DNA of 64,000 nucleotides from Candidatus Marinacidobacterales bacterium (GCA_965237955.1 OZ250169.1:7840001-7904000), one strand, 5' to 3'. Positions 36,510 to 47,337 are shown, numbered from the stretch's first letter. Notes: generated by a model not told the origin, from the letters alone. Numbers and translations: made by a program.

Positions 36510-37037
36510 ATGCATACCTTTGCTGAACGCGTCGTTGGCGCTGCCCGTCTGAAACCAAACATCTACGAGGAGGTCGAGGCGGATCCGAGAGCCACCGCGC
36601 AGGCGATGGGTGTGGTTGTCCTCTCGAGCGTGGCCGGCGGTATCGGCCTGGCGGGGGGCCAGGGCGCGGACTTCATCGTCGGCACCCTGGGGGCGCTGCT
36701 CGGCTGGCTCATCTGGGCTGTCCTGATCTACGTCCTCGGCACCAAGGTCTTCGCGCAGCCCCAGACGCGCTCCGATGTGGGGGAGTTGCTCCGGACCACC
36801 GGCTTCGCGGCGGCCCCAGGCGTGGTGCGCGTGCTTGGCATCGTGCCAGGGCTGCTCGGCGACCTGCTTCTTCTGGTGGTAGCGATCTGGATGCTCGTCG
36901 CGATGGTGGTGGCGGTGCGGCAGGCGCTTGATTTCACGACGACATGGCGCGCGGTGGTGGTGTGCGTGGCCGGGTGGGGTGTCATGCTCGTGCTGATCGC
37001 CGTGAGCGGCGGCTTCATGAGCCCTGTCGGCCAATAG
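36510..37037 (+). CDS. Yip1-like membrane protein
   Basis: YEEVEAD..AT.QA, LLRTTGFA..PG, AVRQALD. Confidence 0.75.
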   Translation: MHTFAERVVGAARLKPNIYEEVEADPRATAQAMGVVVLSSVAGGIGLAGGQGADFIVGTLGALLGWLIWAVLIYVLGTKVFAQPQTRSDVGELLRTTGFAAAPGVVRVLGIVPGLLGDLLLLVVAIWMLVAMVVAVRQALDFTTTWRAVVVCVAGWGVMLVLIAVSGGFMSPVGQ

Positions 37038-37368
37038 CCGGATGGGGCACGCGGGCTGCACGGTGCCGCCGTGGTCGAGGACGGCATTGATGTCCGGGGA
37101 GTCAGACCGCAGGGGTTGCTTGAGTTGCACCTGTTGGGCTTCCGGCCTATCGCGGATGATGTCGATGACAAGAAGCTGCGAACGTGCAAATAAAACCCTG
37201 TGTTGCACGTTCGCATGTGGGAGGCTGGGTGTACGGCATTTTCACCCGCCTTCCCTCACAAGGGCGTCGTTGGGTCTTCGTCATACCCGCGACGCTATCA
37301 AGGGGCGCGGCGTCTCCCTGTTTCTCCTTAGGCGCTGCGCTCCTACCCCCTCTTGAAAGGAGAGTCGA

Positions 37369-37656
37369 ATGATGAAACGTGAGGAACGCGATCTACAGCA
37401 AGTCCTTGTAGGTGACGGTGTGGAATCGGCTGTGTTCGACAAGTCTCGAGCAATAGAACACAAGGTCGAACCGGGGACAGGGTTCGATCACACTCCGGGC
37501 GAGTCCCTTTGGGAAACCGAGTTTCACAATTATGTGCGCCCGGCCGACGGCAACGTGTGGGTGCAGATTAGCAAGAGCAAGGCTCATGCTTGGCTGTCTC
37601 ATCATGGCAAACACGAACACGTAAACGATGATGAGTTCAATAGGATTCTCATCTAA
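37369..37656 (+). CDS. Hypothetical protein (phage-like context)
   Basis: 95-aa ORF with strong RBS AAAGGAG. Confidence 0.5.
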   Translation: MMKREERDLQQVLVGDGVESAVFDKSRAIEHKVEPGTGFDHTPGESLWETEFHNYVRPADGNVWVQISKSKAHAWLSHHGKHEHVNDDEFNRILI

Positions 37657-37747
37657 GCCAGAGCATGAGGGGGGGACCCTGTTCGTGCATATAGAGGTTC
37701 CCTACAACGCTTTGGGGCTTGATTCCATAAACGGGGGTATCTGAGGG

Positions 37748-39187
37748 GTGCTGGACAGCCAGTTGAGGTCGTTTCAACGGACGTGGATTCGACGTTCTCT
37801 GGCTCCTGGTATTGACTTGGGAGTCCTGAGTATTCCGCGTGGAAACGGAAAAACGGCGTTAGCAGCCCACGTTGTTGCGCTGGCGATGACACCTGGCTCC
37901 AGTCTCTACAAGCCCAACAACGAGGTCGTGTTGATTAGCGGTAGCACGGCTCAAAGCAGGTTCGCTCACAAGTTTGTGAAACGGGAGCTTGAAGAACTGG
38001 GCCTGTACCGTTGGAGCTCGTCTCTAACTTCGATGGGCGCTCGGGACACTAAGAACGGCGTCGAGCTCCGGGTGATGTCGAGCAATCCGCGAACGGCTCA
38101 CGGGCTTGTCGGTGTGTCTATGGTTTTCTGCGACGAACCTTCAAGTTGGGAAAACCAAGCGGGCTCCGATATGTGGGACGCGATTCTCACGGCGCAAGGG
38201 AAGCCGTCGAGCAAACTCCGTGTTCTGGCCGTTGGCACTCGTGCGCCTTCGCGGCCGGGCTCATGGTGGCTTGCGCTTATCGACAAGGGCTCGGGCGGGA
38301 GCGTGTACGTTCAAGAGCTCCGCGGCCGTCTCGATCGCTGGGATTCATGGGCAGAGATTAGACGGTGCAATCCGCTCACTGAAATCTCGTCGGAGTTTCG
38401 CAAGAAGCTGTTGCAAGAGAGAGACGCAGCAAGAAAAGACGAGAGGTTGAAAGCCAGATTTTTGAGTTTTCGGTTGAACCTGGAAAGCACCGACGAATCC
38501 ACAATGCTGCTTACCGTTCCCGAGTGGCGAAAGTGCGAGGGCCGCGAGCTCGGGCCGGACTGCGGTGCGCCAGTGGTCGGCGTCGATTTGGGCTCGGGTA
38601 GGTCGTGGAGTGCAGCCACCGCCGTTTTTCCTGGTGGGCGTGTTGAAGCGGTCGCGATCACAAGCGGGCTTCCCGATATCGCAGCACAGGAAAAAAGAGA
38701 CGTTGCGGTGAGAGGAGCCTATCAACGGCTTGTTGATGAGGGCTCGTTGTTGGTAGACCGTGGCAGGAATATTCCACGGGTTTCCGTTCTGGCCGATGAA
38801 GTTCTTAGGCGATGGCCGGGGCTCGCGTTCTTGGTGTGCGATAGGTTTAGACTCCCCGAGCTCCTGGACGCCTTCGCCGGCAAGGTTCGCATTTTCCCAA
38901 GGGTAACTCGATGGTCGGAAAGCTCCGCCGATATACGCGCTGTACGTGCGCTTGCCTTGGATGGCGAGCTCAGTGTTGAGCCTTCGTCTCGGGCGTTGAT
39001 GCGCGTTGCGCTGGCGGCCGCGACGGTGCAGAGCGACACATCCGGGAATTGCAGACTTATCAAGGCTGGTACAAACCAAACCGAGCGAGATGATCCAGCA
39101 CATGCTTTTGTTCTAGCGGCGGGCGCGTTGTCGAGGTTTCGGAAGTCCGCTCCTCCGGTCCTTCATATCGTGAGGCGGACGGGTTGA
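37748..39187 (+). CDS. Phage terminase large subunit
   Basis: Walker A PRGNGKT, Walker B FCDE, nuclease VGVDLG and DD..A. Confidence 0.85.
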   Translation: MLDSQLRSFQRTWIRRSLAPGIDLGVLSIPRGNGKTALAAHVVALAMTPGSSLYKPNNEVVLISGSTAQSRFAHKFVKRELEELGLYRWSSSLTSMGARDTKNGVELRVMSSNPRTAHGLVGVSMVFCDEPSSWENQAGSDMWDAILTAQGKPSSKLRVLAVGTRAPSRPGSWWLALIDKGSGGSVYVQELRGRLDRWDSWAEIRRCNPLTEISSEFRKKLLQERDAARKDERLKARFLSFRLNLESTDESTMLLTVPEWRKCEGRELGPDCGAPVVGVDLGSGRSWSAATAVFPGGRVEAVAITSGLPDIAAQEKRDVAVRGAYQRLVDEGSLLVDRGRNIPRVSVLADEVLRRWPGLAFLVCDRFRLPELLDAFAGKVRIFPRVTRWSESSADIRAVRALALDGELSVEPSSRALMRVALAAATVQSDTSGNCRLIKAGTNQTERDDPAHAFVLAAGALSRFRKSAPPVLHIVRRTG

Positions 39188-39456
39188 GGCGTTCCCGTGA
39201 TAGGCGCTGGCAAGCGGGCTGGCAGCGGACAAGGCGCAAGGCGAAGGATAGAGACGATTGGCGCTGCCAGCGGTGCGGTCGCGTAGGCGGAAGCGTCGGC
39301 GGAAGATTGGAAGTTCACCACTTGCGGCCGGTGAAGGATGGCGGGGGGGACGAGCTCTCGAACCTCACTGTTTTGTGTAGAAGCTGCCATATCGACGGCC
39401 ATCGTTCCGAACCCAAAGGGAAAGCAGAGTGGAGGCGGTGGCTTCGTGCGTGTTGA
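39184..39456 (+). CDS. HNH endonuclease
   Basis: RD.WRCQRCG, LEVHH, NL..LCRSCH; 4-nt overlap with TerL. Confidence 0.88.
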   Translation: MRRSRDRRWQAGWQRTRRKAKDRDDWRCQRCGRVGGSVGGRLEVHHLRPVKDGGGDELSNLTVLCRSCHIDGHRSEPKGKAEWRRWLRAC

Positions 39457-39506
39457 GGTTGCACATTTTTTGTGCATGTGCACATTTTTTGTGCTATCGT
39501 CTTTTC

Positions 39507-39773
39507 ATGACCGCAAGCCAAAAATCGACCATCAAGCTGAGCTCCGCTCGGCAGAAGTTGAACGAATTACTAGCCATCGAAGAGCGCTCAGAAGAACAGA
39601 ACACCGAGCTTGAAACCCTGACGGATTCGGTGCAATCGCTCGAACCCGAGCTCAGGGCGAGCATCGCGGCCGCAGGTGAGGATGTAGTCGAGACGACGGT
39701 CGAGACTCCAGAGGGCCGCGAGCTCCGGTCGCTCATCGACAAGGCGAGCATCGGCGGGATCGTCTCTCACTGA
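39507..39773 (+). pseudogene. Probable major capsid protein N-terminus (coiled scaffold-like region), truncated
   Basis: Coiled-coil N-terminus after TerL-HNH; cut by an 'A' IS fragment. The call relies mainly on context. Confidence 0.55.
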
Positions 39774-39778
39774 GGTGG

Positions 39779-40154
39779 CGGTACCAGCGCAGAAGCGTAG
39801 CGGGTGTGGCAACGGACGCAATCTGGGCCAGCGCCTCGCGGCCCAAAGCCTGGGCCTTGACCGCGAGCCTGCGCCGCTCGTCGTCCGAGAGCCTGAGACG
39901 CTTGCCCCGAAGCCCGGCTCGGAGCACACGGTTCTCCTCTTGCAGGTAGTCGATCACATCCTGCTGCTGGCGGTTGACCCAGCCAGCTAGAACGAGCAGT
40001 AGGAATTGCACGTGGTACGTCATCATGGAGCTGAAGATAACACCCTCGGGCCAGACGATTGTAAAGCCTACGGCCCTTGGCCCCGGCGCAAACACAGACA
40101 CTAAGCTGCTGATTTATGGCCTATTTCAAAAGGGCCGAGTTTTGGCACAGGACG
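39779..40154 (-). mobile_element. Left-end fragment of the 'A' IS
   Basis: Matches ~35850-36226. Confidence 0.9.
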
Positions 40155-40161
40155 AGGTCCG

Positions 40162-40291
40162 CGTCGTGTTCAAAAAACACAAACGCGTTGCCAAGCCCTT
40201 GATGGTGGCGCTCTCCATGATAATGATAGATGAACTCGGCGACGGCCCCGCGCGCAGGTCTTAGAGTTCGTTTGTATTTTTGGACACGACG
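40162..40291. mobile_element. 130-bp MITE with inverted 'C' ends
   Basis: CGTCGTGTTCAAAAA...TTTTTGGACACGACG enclosing a piece of the 28886 transposase. Confidence 0.75.
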
Positions 40292-40298
40292 CGCTCGA

Positions 40299-41495
40299 CT
40301 AGGCGGGCTTGCTCCACCACCATCTCGGCGCACGCCGCGCGCCGCCGGCCAAGAGCGTATCCAGCAAGAGCATGGGTCGTCTCAGAAACGACCCCATGAG
40401 TCGGAAGCGGATCTTGTTCACCCAACGCGGGTAGCCCCGGTTGTAAGGACAGACTCTCAAGCAAATGGAACAATCGGTGACTTGCTTCACCCAAAAGCTG
40501 AAGCATTTTTCGGCGTCGGTGGTCCACTTCTTGACGCCGCGGATGTTGGATCGGTTGTATATCCGCTTCGATGGGTCGTCCCAGGTAATCGCCTGAGGGG
40601 GACACTCCGCGCTGCAGCGTCGGCATGTGTTGCAGAACTCTTTTACACCGAACCTCTTCGGCCGGTCGTGACCGAGCGGCAGATCGGTAAACACCTTTCC
40701 GATTCGTAAGCGCGGTCCCAGCTCTTCGGTGATGAGCAGACCGTGGCGGCCGTATTCGCCGAGTCCCGCCTTGATCGCGTAAGGAATGCTAGCCGCAGTG
40801 TCGTTCATACTGGCGTAGGCCCGATACCCCAGGTTGCGGATGTATTGCGCGAGTGCCAGCAAAGTCACTGCGTCTTTAGAATAGCCGACCCCGGTCGCGG
40901 TCCCGCTGAGAGCCGAGGGGACGGTCTTGAGGAGGTCATGATCCATCTCATGCACCACCACGATGACCGAGGTCATCCCCTCCGGGAGATCCATGGGCGC
41001 CTCGCCCTCGGTGGCCCGGTTATATTTGTGGCTATAGACCCATCGTTCGTCGTAATAGGTGATACCTGTCAGATCGGCCCCCATTAGCTTGGCGACCTTC
41101 TTGATCTCCCGACTCATCTCCTCCGGGTCGCGGATCTCGCGCTGCTCGCTCGCGCCCTCACGGTGTGCGGTCAGATAGTCGAGAAAACCCTCGCGTCGAT
41201 CTTCGTGAAGAAGCCTCTCGGCGAAAAAGTCTGCGACGTGCCAACCTGCGTTACGGAGGGCGAAGTCCTTTTGGTGATAGCCATCGACGTGACGCCATTC
41301 CTCCAAGGGGAGACGATAGGATTGATAGAACTTATCGGTGTCTTTCGACCGAATGGTGGAATCCCAGAAGGAACGGCTGAAGATGTCCTCTCTTTGATTG
41401 AAGCGGCGGAAATCTTCGCTGATTTCGAACCGGGCGTCCTCGTCGGTGGCACAAGGGCGTCGGCACGTCGTGCATTTCGAGTGGTGTTTGCTCAT
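40299..41495 (-). CDS. rdhA: Reductive dehalogenase family protein (cobalamin, 2x4Fe-4S; no TAT signal)
   Basis: GADLTGI..D.RWVY, IRNLGY.A, AGLGEYGR, FC..C..C...CP and C..C...CP. Confidence 0.88.
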   Translation of the reverse strand: MSKHHSKCTTCRRPCATDEDARFEISEDFRRFNQREDIFSRSFWDSTIRSKDTDKFYQSYRLPLEEWRHVDGYHQKDFALRNAGWHVADFFAERLLHEDRREGFLDYLTAHREGASEQREIRDPEEMSREIKKVAKLMGADLTGITYYDERWVYSHKYNRATEGEAPMDLPEGMTSVIVVVHEMDHDLLKTVPSALSGTATGVGYSKDAVTLLALAQYIRNLGYRAYASMNDTAASIPYAIKAGLGEYGRHGLLITEELGPRLRIGKVFTDLPLGHDRPKRFGVKEFCNTCRRCSAECPPQAITWDDPSKRIYNRSNIRGVKKWTTDAEKCFSFWVKQVTDCSICLRVCPYNRGYPRWVNKIRFRLMGSFLRRPMLLLDTLLAGGARRAPRWWWSKPA

Positions 41496-41900
41496 CTCAG
41501 GAATCGACTCCCGTTTCGCGACGGTAGGTGCTTCCGCAATTAAGTGTTGGCGGCCAGACCGTAACCGGTCTGCGTGCTAGAGTTTGAACCAGAATTCTGA
41601 AGACACAGTTCTCTCATCGTCAGGGCCGAGCCGAAGTGAAGAATAGCAGATGTCTCAATCCCCGTCGTGTCCAAAAACACGAACGAACTCAAGACCTGCA
41701 TCAGCCGGAGCGTTTCGGATAGACGCGTCTACGCTTGCTTCGCCAAGGGAAGCTGGAATGCTCGGTCATGAGCACGCCGATCCAACCCTGGGACGTTCTT
41801 GGTCGTCGCGGTAGAGGTATTTGAATGCTAGTGTCAGTTGGCCCAGGTGTGTCGGCGAACGCCATCGCCATTAATAAGGATGTCGGCGTGCACACAGACA

Positions 41901-42016
41901 CTGCCTTGGTGCATAAATACAGGTAAGTCATTGATTCCATTGACTCTGCTATTTTTGCACCAAAAACGTAACCTGCTGATTCCTTTAGAGTTGTCCAGAG
42001 CTATGCACCAAGGCAG
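41901..42016. mobile_element. MITE 'D' copy 2
   Basis: Reverse complement of 1664-1778. Confidence 0.8.
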
Positions 42017-42225
42017 GTCGTTGGTGGTGAGGTCTGGACTGATCAGGGTCCAGGTCGTTCCCATGTCCGTGCTGCGATGGACGAACTGGCTCCCGAAATA
42101 GAGCGCCCCGTCGTGCGGGTCGATCGCCATCCCTGGGTTCCAGTTGAACCGGAGCTTGGTCGCCTCGGGATGGGCCGGCACGATGGATTTGCGCTCGCCG
42201 GTTTGAAGATCGGACCGGACGACCC
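42017..42225 (-). pseudogene. Internal fragment of a BNR/VPS10-like glycosyl hydrolase
   Basis: RFNWN...HRSTDMGTTWTLISPDLT between two mobile ends. Confidence 0.75.
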
Positions 42226-42617
42226 CGTCCTGTGCCAAAACTCGGCCCTTTTGAAATAGACCATAAATCAGCAGCTTAGTGTCTATGGTGCGCTCCCGTG
42301 AACGGCTTGGCGGGTTGCTACGTTTCTACCATAGGGAAGCCGCATGAGTATTTTGACCTTACGGGCACTCCCACAGGAAACGGGGAGAAACAGATAGGGC
42401 GCGCCTACGGAGCACCGTGCCAGCCCTCGACCCTACCGCGATGGAGCCTGACCAGAAGCCTGCTGGGCCGGACAGTTCCCCCGCTGATGCCCAGGGTGCC
42501 GACTATAATAGTGAGGGAGCCTCATCGGTGGGCCTTTTATTGGCCCGGTCGCAAACACAGACACTAAGCCGGTGATTTATGGTCTATTTCGAAAGGGTCG
42601 AGTTTTGGCACAGGACG
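42226..42617. mobile_element. Non-autonomous element with inverted 'A' ends
   Basis: Left ~290 bp is the reverse complement of ~27365-27653. Confidence 0.78.
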
Positions 42618-42861
42618 GGGACCCCGAATCGCCGACATCGCCTCCGACACGCCCCAGAACTGGGGCTCGCCACAAGTCGATGACGATCGAAACGGCCCGG
42701 CGCGCCAGTCTTGAGTTCGTTTGTGTTTTTGGACAGGACGCCGGAGACTAATCAAGTTCGGTGCGCGCGGATGAATAAATAGAAGGCACAGCCATGCTAC
42801 GATGGGCTCGCATTTGTTTCCCGCGCGACGTTGTTGTAAGAGCAGGCTGAACTAAGCTGTC

Positions 42862-44073
42862 ATGCCAGATGTCAATCCAGAGATTTTGCGTTGGGCCCGC
42901 GAGACTGCGGGACTTGAGTCGGAGGAAGCGGTGGAGAAGCTGCAGCTCCGAGCAGCACGCGGCCAATCCGCTCTTGAGCGGTTAGCGGCGCTGGAGGCTG
43001 GTGACTATAAGCCGTCTCGGACCATGCTCGTAAGGATGGCGAGGCACTATCGACGCCCGCTCCTTGCTTTCTACTTGTCCGCTCCGCCTCGGCGCGGTGA
43101 CCGCGGCCAGGATTTCCGAACACTTCCGGAAAGCCACTCAGGTGCTGACGACGCACTGCTCGATGTTCTGATTCGCGATGTCCGGGCCCGTCAGAGCATG
43201 GTTCGGGCGCTAATGGAAGATGAAGAGGAGGCTGAACTGCTTCCCTTCATCTCATCCTTGAAGCTTTCCGACTCGCCGTCAATTTTCGTGAAGTCGATTC
43301 GTTCAACACTTCAGGTTAGCGTAGAAGATTTCCATTCTCAGCCGTCTCCACAGAAGGCCTTCGGTCTACTACGTCGCCAAGCTGAGAGCGTTGGCGTTTT
43401 CGTGCTCTTGATGGGCAACGTTGGTACTTACCACACAGCCATAGATCTTGAGACGTTCCGAGGGTTCGCACTGGCGGACGACGTTGCCCCGTTCGTCGTC
43501 ATCAACGATCAGGATTCAAGGGCCGCGTGGTCATTCACCCTCGTGCACGAACTGACGCATTTGTGGCTCGGACAAACCGGGGTCAGCGGCTATTTTGCAG
43601 AGCTCGCAGTCGAACGGTTCTGCAACGATGTCGCAGGCGAATTCCTTCTCCCAGCGGATGAGCTGCAGCAACTGCAGCTTGACGATAGACCCGATGAAGC
43701 AACACTCCAGGAGCGGATTGGTGAATTCGCTGCGGGAAGGAACGTGAGTGGATCGATGGTTGCCTACAGCCTGTATCGGAAGCGGATGATTGAGCAAGAA
43801 GTCTGGAAGCGACTCAGCGCGGCATTTCGCACTTTTTGGTCACGAGAACGGACATCCCAGCGAGACCGCGCGCGCGATGAAGAAGGCGGGCCGAACTATT
43901 ACGTTGTACGACGACATCGTCTCGGTCGCGCGTTGACTGATCTGGTCGGCCAGATGGTTACGGCAGGAGCGCTCACGTCCACTAAAGCAGCTAAGGTTCT
44001 CGGAGTCAAGCCCAAGCAGGTCCAGGTCCTGCTCGACACGGGCGAGCAGGGCGGTAAGCGGTCGCTGGCGTAG
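42862..44073 (+). CDS. XRE HTH + ImmA/IrrE metallopeptidase, second divergent copy
   Basis: VNPEILRWARE; FTLVHELTH; ERFCNDVA. Confidence 0.9.
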   Translation: MPDVNPEILRWARETAGLESEEAVEKLQLRAARGQSALERLAALEAGDYKPSRTMLVRMARHYRRPLLAFYLSAPPRRGDRGQDFRTLPESHSGADDALLDVLIRDVRARQSMVRALMEDEEEAELLPFISSLKLSDSPSIFVKSIRSTLQVSVEDFHSQPSPQKAFGLLRRQAESVGVFVLLMGNVGTYHTAIDLETFRGFALADDVAPFVVINDQDSRAAWSFTLVHELTHLWLGQTGVSGYFAELAVERFCNDVAGEFLLPADELQQLQLDDRPDEATLQERIGEFAAGRNVSGSMVAYSLYRKRMIEQEVWKRLSAAFRTFWSRERTSQRDRARDEEGGPNYYVVRRHRLGRALTDLVGQMVTAGALTSTKAAKVLGVKPKQVQVLLDTGEQGGKRSLA

Positions 44074-44082
44074 AGACCACAA

Positions 44083-44586
44083 GTGCACTTGCTTGACTCT
44101 AACGTTCTCATCGACGCGAACCGCGACTATTATTCTATCTCTCGGGTACCAGAGTTCTGGAATTGGCTCGTCGATCTCGGCGCGAGGGAACTTGTCAAGA
44201 TACCACTGGAGATGTTTGAGGAGATCAAAGACGGCGACGATGATTTGGGAGAATGGATTCGGCAAGACGAAATCAAAGGTGCACTTCTGCTTCACGAGGA
44301 GGCTGATGTTGCGTTGGTTTCTCTGGTCACCAACGAAGGCTATGCACCTGATCTTACCGACGACGAGATAGAAAAGATTGGTCGTGACCCATTCCTAGTT
44401 GCGTACGGCCTCGGTAACGAAAACGAGCGCTGTATTGTTACTACGGAGACTTCCAGACCGTCTCGACGCCGCGCGAACCGACATGTCCCAGATGTTTGCA
44501 GTGGTCTGGGTGTTCGCTGTTGCAACACCTTTGAGTTCGTCCGCGAGTTCGACTTCACAACAAATTGGAAGCTGGGGCGGCGGTGA
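44083..44586 (+). CDS. DUF4411 PIN-domain protein
   Basis: LLDSNVLI, FW.WL, DPFLVAY, VTTE, VPDVC. Confidence 0.9.
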   Translation: MHLLDSNVLIDANRDYYSISRVPEFWNWLVDLGARELVKIPLEMFEEIKDGDDDLGEWIRQDEIKGALLLHEEADVALVSLVTNEGYAPDLTDDEIEKIGRDPFLVAYGLGNENERCIVTTETSRPSRRRANRHVPDVCSGLGVRCCNTFEFVREFDFTTNWKLGRR

Positions 44587-44841
44587 AACGTGCTCCGATG
44601 CTGAATCCCGTCCTGTGCCAAAACTCAGCCCTTTTGAAATAGACCATAAACCAGCAGCATAGTTCACTTGATGGCGGAAGCACCGCACAGGACGAAGTCC
44701 GAATCGGAACTAGTTCATCTCCCTAACTATATATCCAAGAACTCGGCGAAACTGTCCGAACCATCGGACTGAATGGCGTATCGGAAACGGAGTTCGTCTT
44801 TGTCGTCACCACAGCTATCGTCCTTGATCTCAAGCGGAACG

Positions 44842-46537
44842 TGTCAACAACTTTGAGACACCCGCGGACTGCATTTAGTGAGCCTCAATCAATGCAGTAA
44901 GACTCGTGGGCCCGGGGCGGTCACCGTCTGCGTGCGGCGAGATCTGGTCGCGTTGGCCTGAATCCGGGGGTACCCCAGGTGTGGACCACCTCGAGAAAGT
45001 GGCTCCGGCGGCCTCCTGGCGCGTCGTTTTCTCCGGCGGCGGGTTGATCCAGGCCTGAGGAGGCAAAACGGGGGGCTGTGGCATTCCGCGAACGAAGCGT
45101 TCGGGATGAGCCCGATGAGCTTCGAGGAGGATTTGGCGCCGGGCAGTGGTGAGCTGTTCCGCGAGACCATCGTGAACGGCGGCCGGTGTCATGAGGCCGA
45201 TTCCCGAGTGCCGGCGTTCGTGATTGTAGTAGTCGAGGAAGCCGCCGCAGAACAGCCGGCCGTCTTCGATGGAACCAAAACGGCTCGGAAACTGAGGGCA
45301 ATACTTCAGAGTCTTGAACTGGGACTCGGAGTAGGGGTTATCGTTCGAGACGTAAGGTCTGGAGTGGGTCTTGGTAACGCCGAGGTCAGCCAGGAGCATA
45401 GCTACGGACTTGCTTCGCATCGAGCTGCCACGGTCGGCGTGGATGGTGAGCTGGTCTGGTTCGATGTTCTGTTTGCGGCAGCTCTCGCTGATGAGACGAC
45501 GAGCGAGCTCAGCGCTTTCTCGTCGAGCCAACATCCACCCGGTCACGTAACGGGAGAAGATGTCCAGAATCACGTAGAGGTAGTAGTAGGTCCACTTGAC
45601 GGGGCCACGCAGCTTGGTGATATCCCACGACCAAACCTGGTTCGGCGCTTCGGCCAGCAGCTCCGGCTTTTGATAATTCGGATGTCGCAGCTGGTTCCGG
45701 CGCTCTCGGACCTCTCCGTTCTCCGCCAGAATCCGATACATCGTGCGGATCGAGCAGTAGTAGATTCCCTCGTCCAGGAGCGTGGCCCACACCTGAGCGG
45801 GCGCCTTGTCGACGAACCGCTCGGAGTGCAAGGCACCGAGAACCAGCTCACGTTCGGTCACATCGAGGGCTCGGTGCGACCGGCGTTTCGCATTGGACGT
45901 CACCGTCTGGCGCCTGCGATACAACGTGGAGCGAGCTATTCCAAGGGCCTCGCAGGCTTCCGCCGTCTGTCCAATTCGTCCCGCCAGCTCCTCGGCCGCC
46001 ACCATCAATCGTTCTCGTCGCTGTCTGGTGGATTCAGGGGGACCCCCAGAAGTTCGGAGGTTTTTTTTTGGATCTCTAGCATCGTCTCCACCCGAGCCAG
46101 GCGATGCTTCAATCGCGCGTTCTCGCGCTCGAGCTCCTTGACCCGTGGATCCTCTGCCTTCGCCTTCCGTCCTCGCTTCCTCGATGTCAACCCCGCCTTG
46201 GCAATCTTGTCACGTTGGCGACGCCAACTCGAAAGATGCGACGAGTACAGTCCCTCTCGACGCAGAAGAGCCGCAACATCCCCGTCACCCTTGCAAGCAT
46301 CGGCCTCGCGCACTATCCGCAGCTTGTACTCTGCGGTAAAGCGTCGACGCTTCGCTTGCTCACTCACTTCGGGATCCGGGACCCCTGCCGCATCGCGGCC
46401 GGCGCGATCTGCAGTCGCCCTACGGGCTCCTTCCGATCCCGCCGGGGTCATTCTCTCAATCAACGTAGTCATTCATGATCCTCCTCCGCCCTCTACACTA
46501 ATTTCAAGGGGCGAAGTGTCTCAAGGAGGTTGGCACA
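44842..46537 (-). mobile_element. IS3-like element; orfA 46005-46472, orfB 44875-46008
   Basis: TGT...ACA ends; RRRFTAEYK; WSWDIT, HADRG, DNPYSE; ATGA overlap. Confidence 0.88.
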
Positions 46538-47295
46538 GAGGGAAGCAAGTGAACGGCGGCGTAGAAGCCTTTCACGTTGCGCCACACAACGATCTGTCCG
46601 AGACAAGGCGTCCGAACGCGAGATGTGTAGTCCAGCGACCCAGCATTTACTACTTGTGCGATGGACGTGCACCCTCGGGCCAGTGCAATACCGTTGATTG
46701 ACTGAGGATCGTTGTACACATGGATGCTCGTGTCGCTCGCTTTGGTCCATTCCGTTTCGAATTTCAGCACTTCAGAACCGATGACATAGCGACCGTTATG
46801 GCTACTGTAGTCAAACACAACCTCGCCGGCCGGGGAAGTCATTCTCGGGGGAGGCATTTCGGAAGCCTTACCATTGAAACGCTCGATTCCGAGCTTTTCC
46901 GCTATCGTCGCCGCAAGTTGTGAAGGCGTGTGTTCTTCGGCGCGTAAGAAGATAACGTCTTCCTGCAATCCAGGGACCGAAGTGTCATCGAAGCGCACCG
47001 GAAGAACATATTCTCTCTGTGCTCCGAGCGCGCGGCTCATGGCGGACCGTCTCTCATGACGCGTCCAAGCCTTGTCGACATATGCTTGGGAAATGAACAT
47101 CACGACATAGGCGGCCTGTTGCTCGAATGCTTGATGAAAGGCCTCCGCGCCGTTCTGGCCCCATAACGACACCTTCTCGAAGCCGTCGTAGAACACCGCG
47201 ATAGATCGCTCGTGAAGACACCGCGCTACCTCTTCAACGTAGCTCCGTTGTTCACCGGCAAAGGATAACGCCACTTGATACTGCATGTTCCTCAT
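46538..47295 (-). CDS. TIR-domain protein, C-terminus clipped by IS
   Basis: YQVALSFAGEQR, VFYD, FIS..Y....WT..E, LPVRFD. Confidence 0.85.
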
Positions 47296-47337
47296 CGTTC
47301 AGTGCTTGCGTCATTGACTGTTGCGGGGGTGCTTGCG

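Noticed and set aside
37660-37747. Phage cos site upstream of TerL
   Set aside because: Only a G-run is visible; no supportable symmetry.
45106-46701. Long ORFs 45106-46701, 24835-26136, 52972-54552, 20589-21638 and 3175-3891
   Set aside because: Antisense or alternate-frame shadows of recognised genes in GC-rich DNA.
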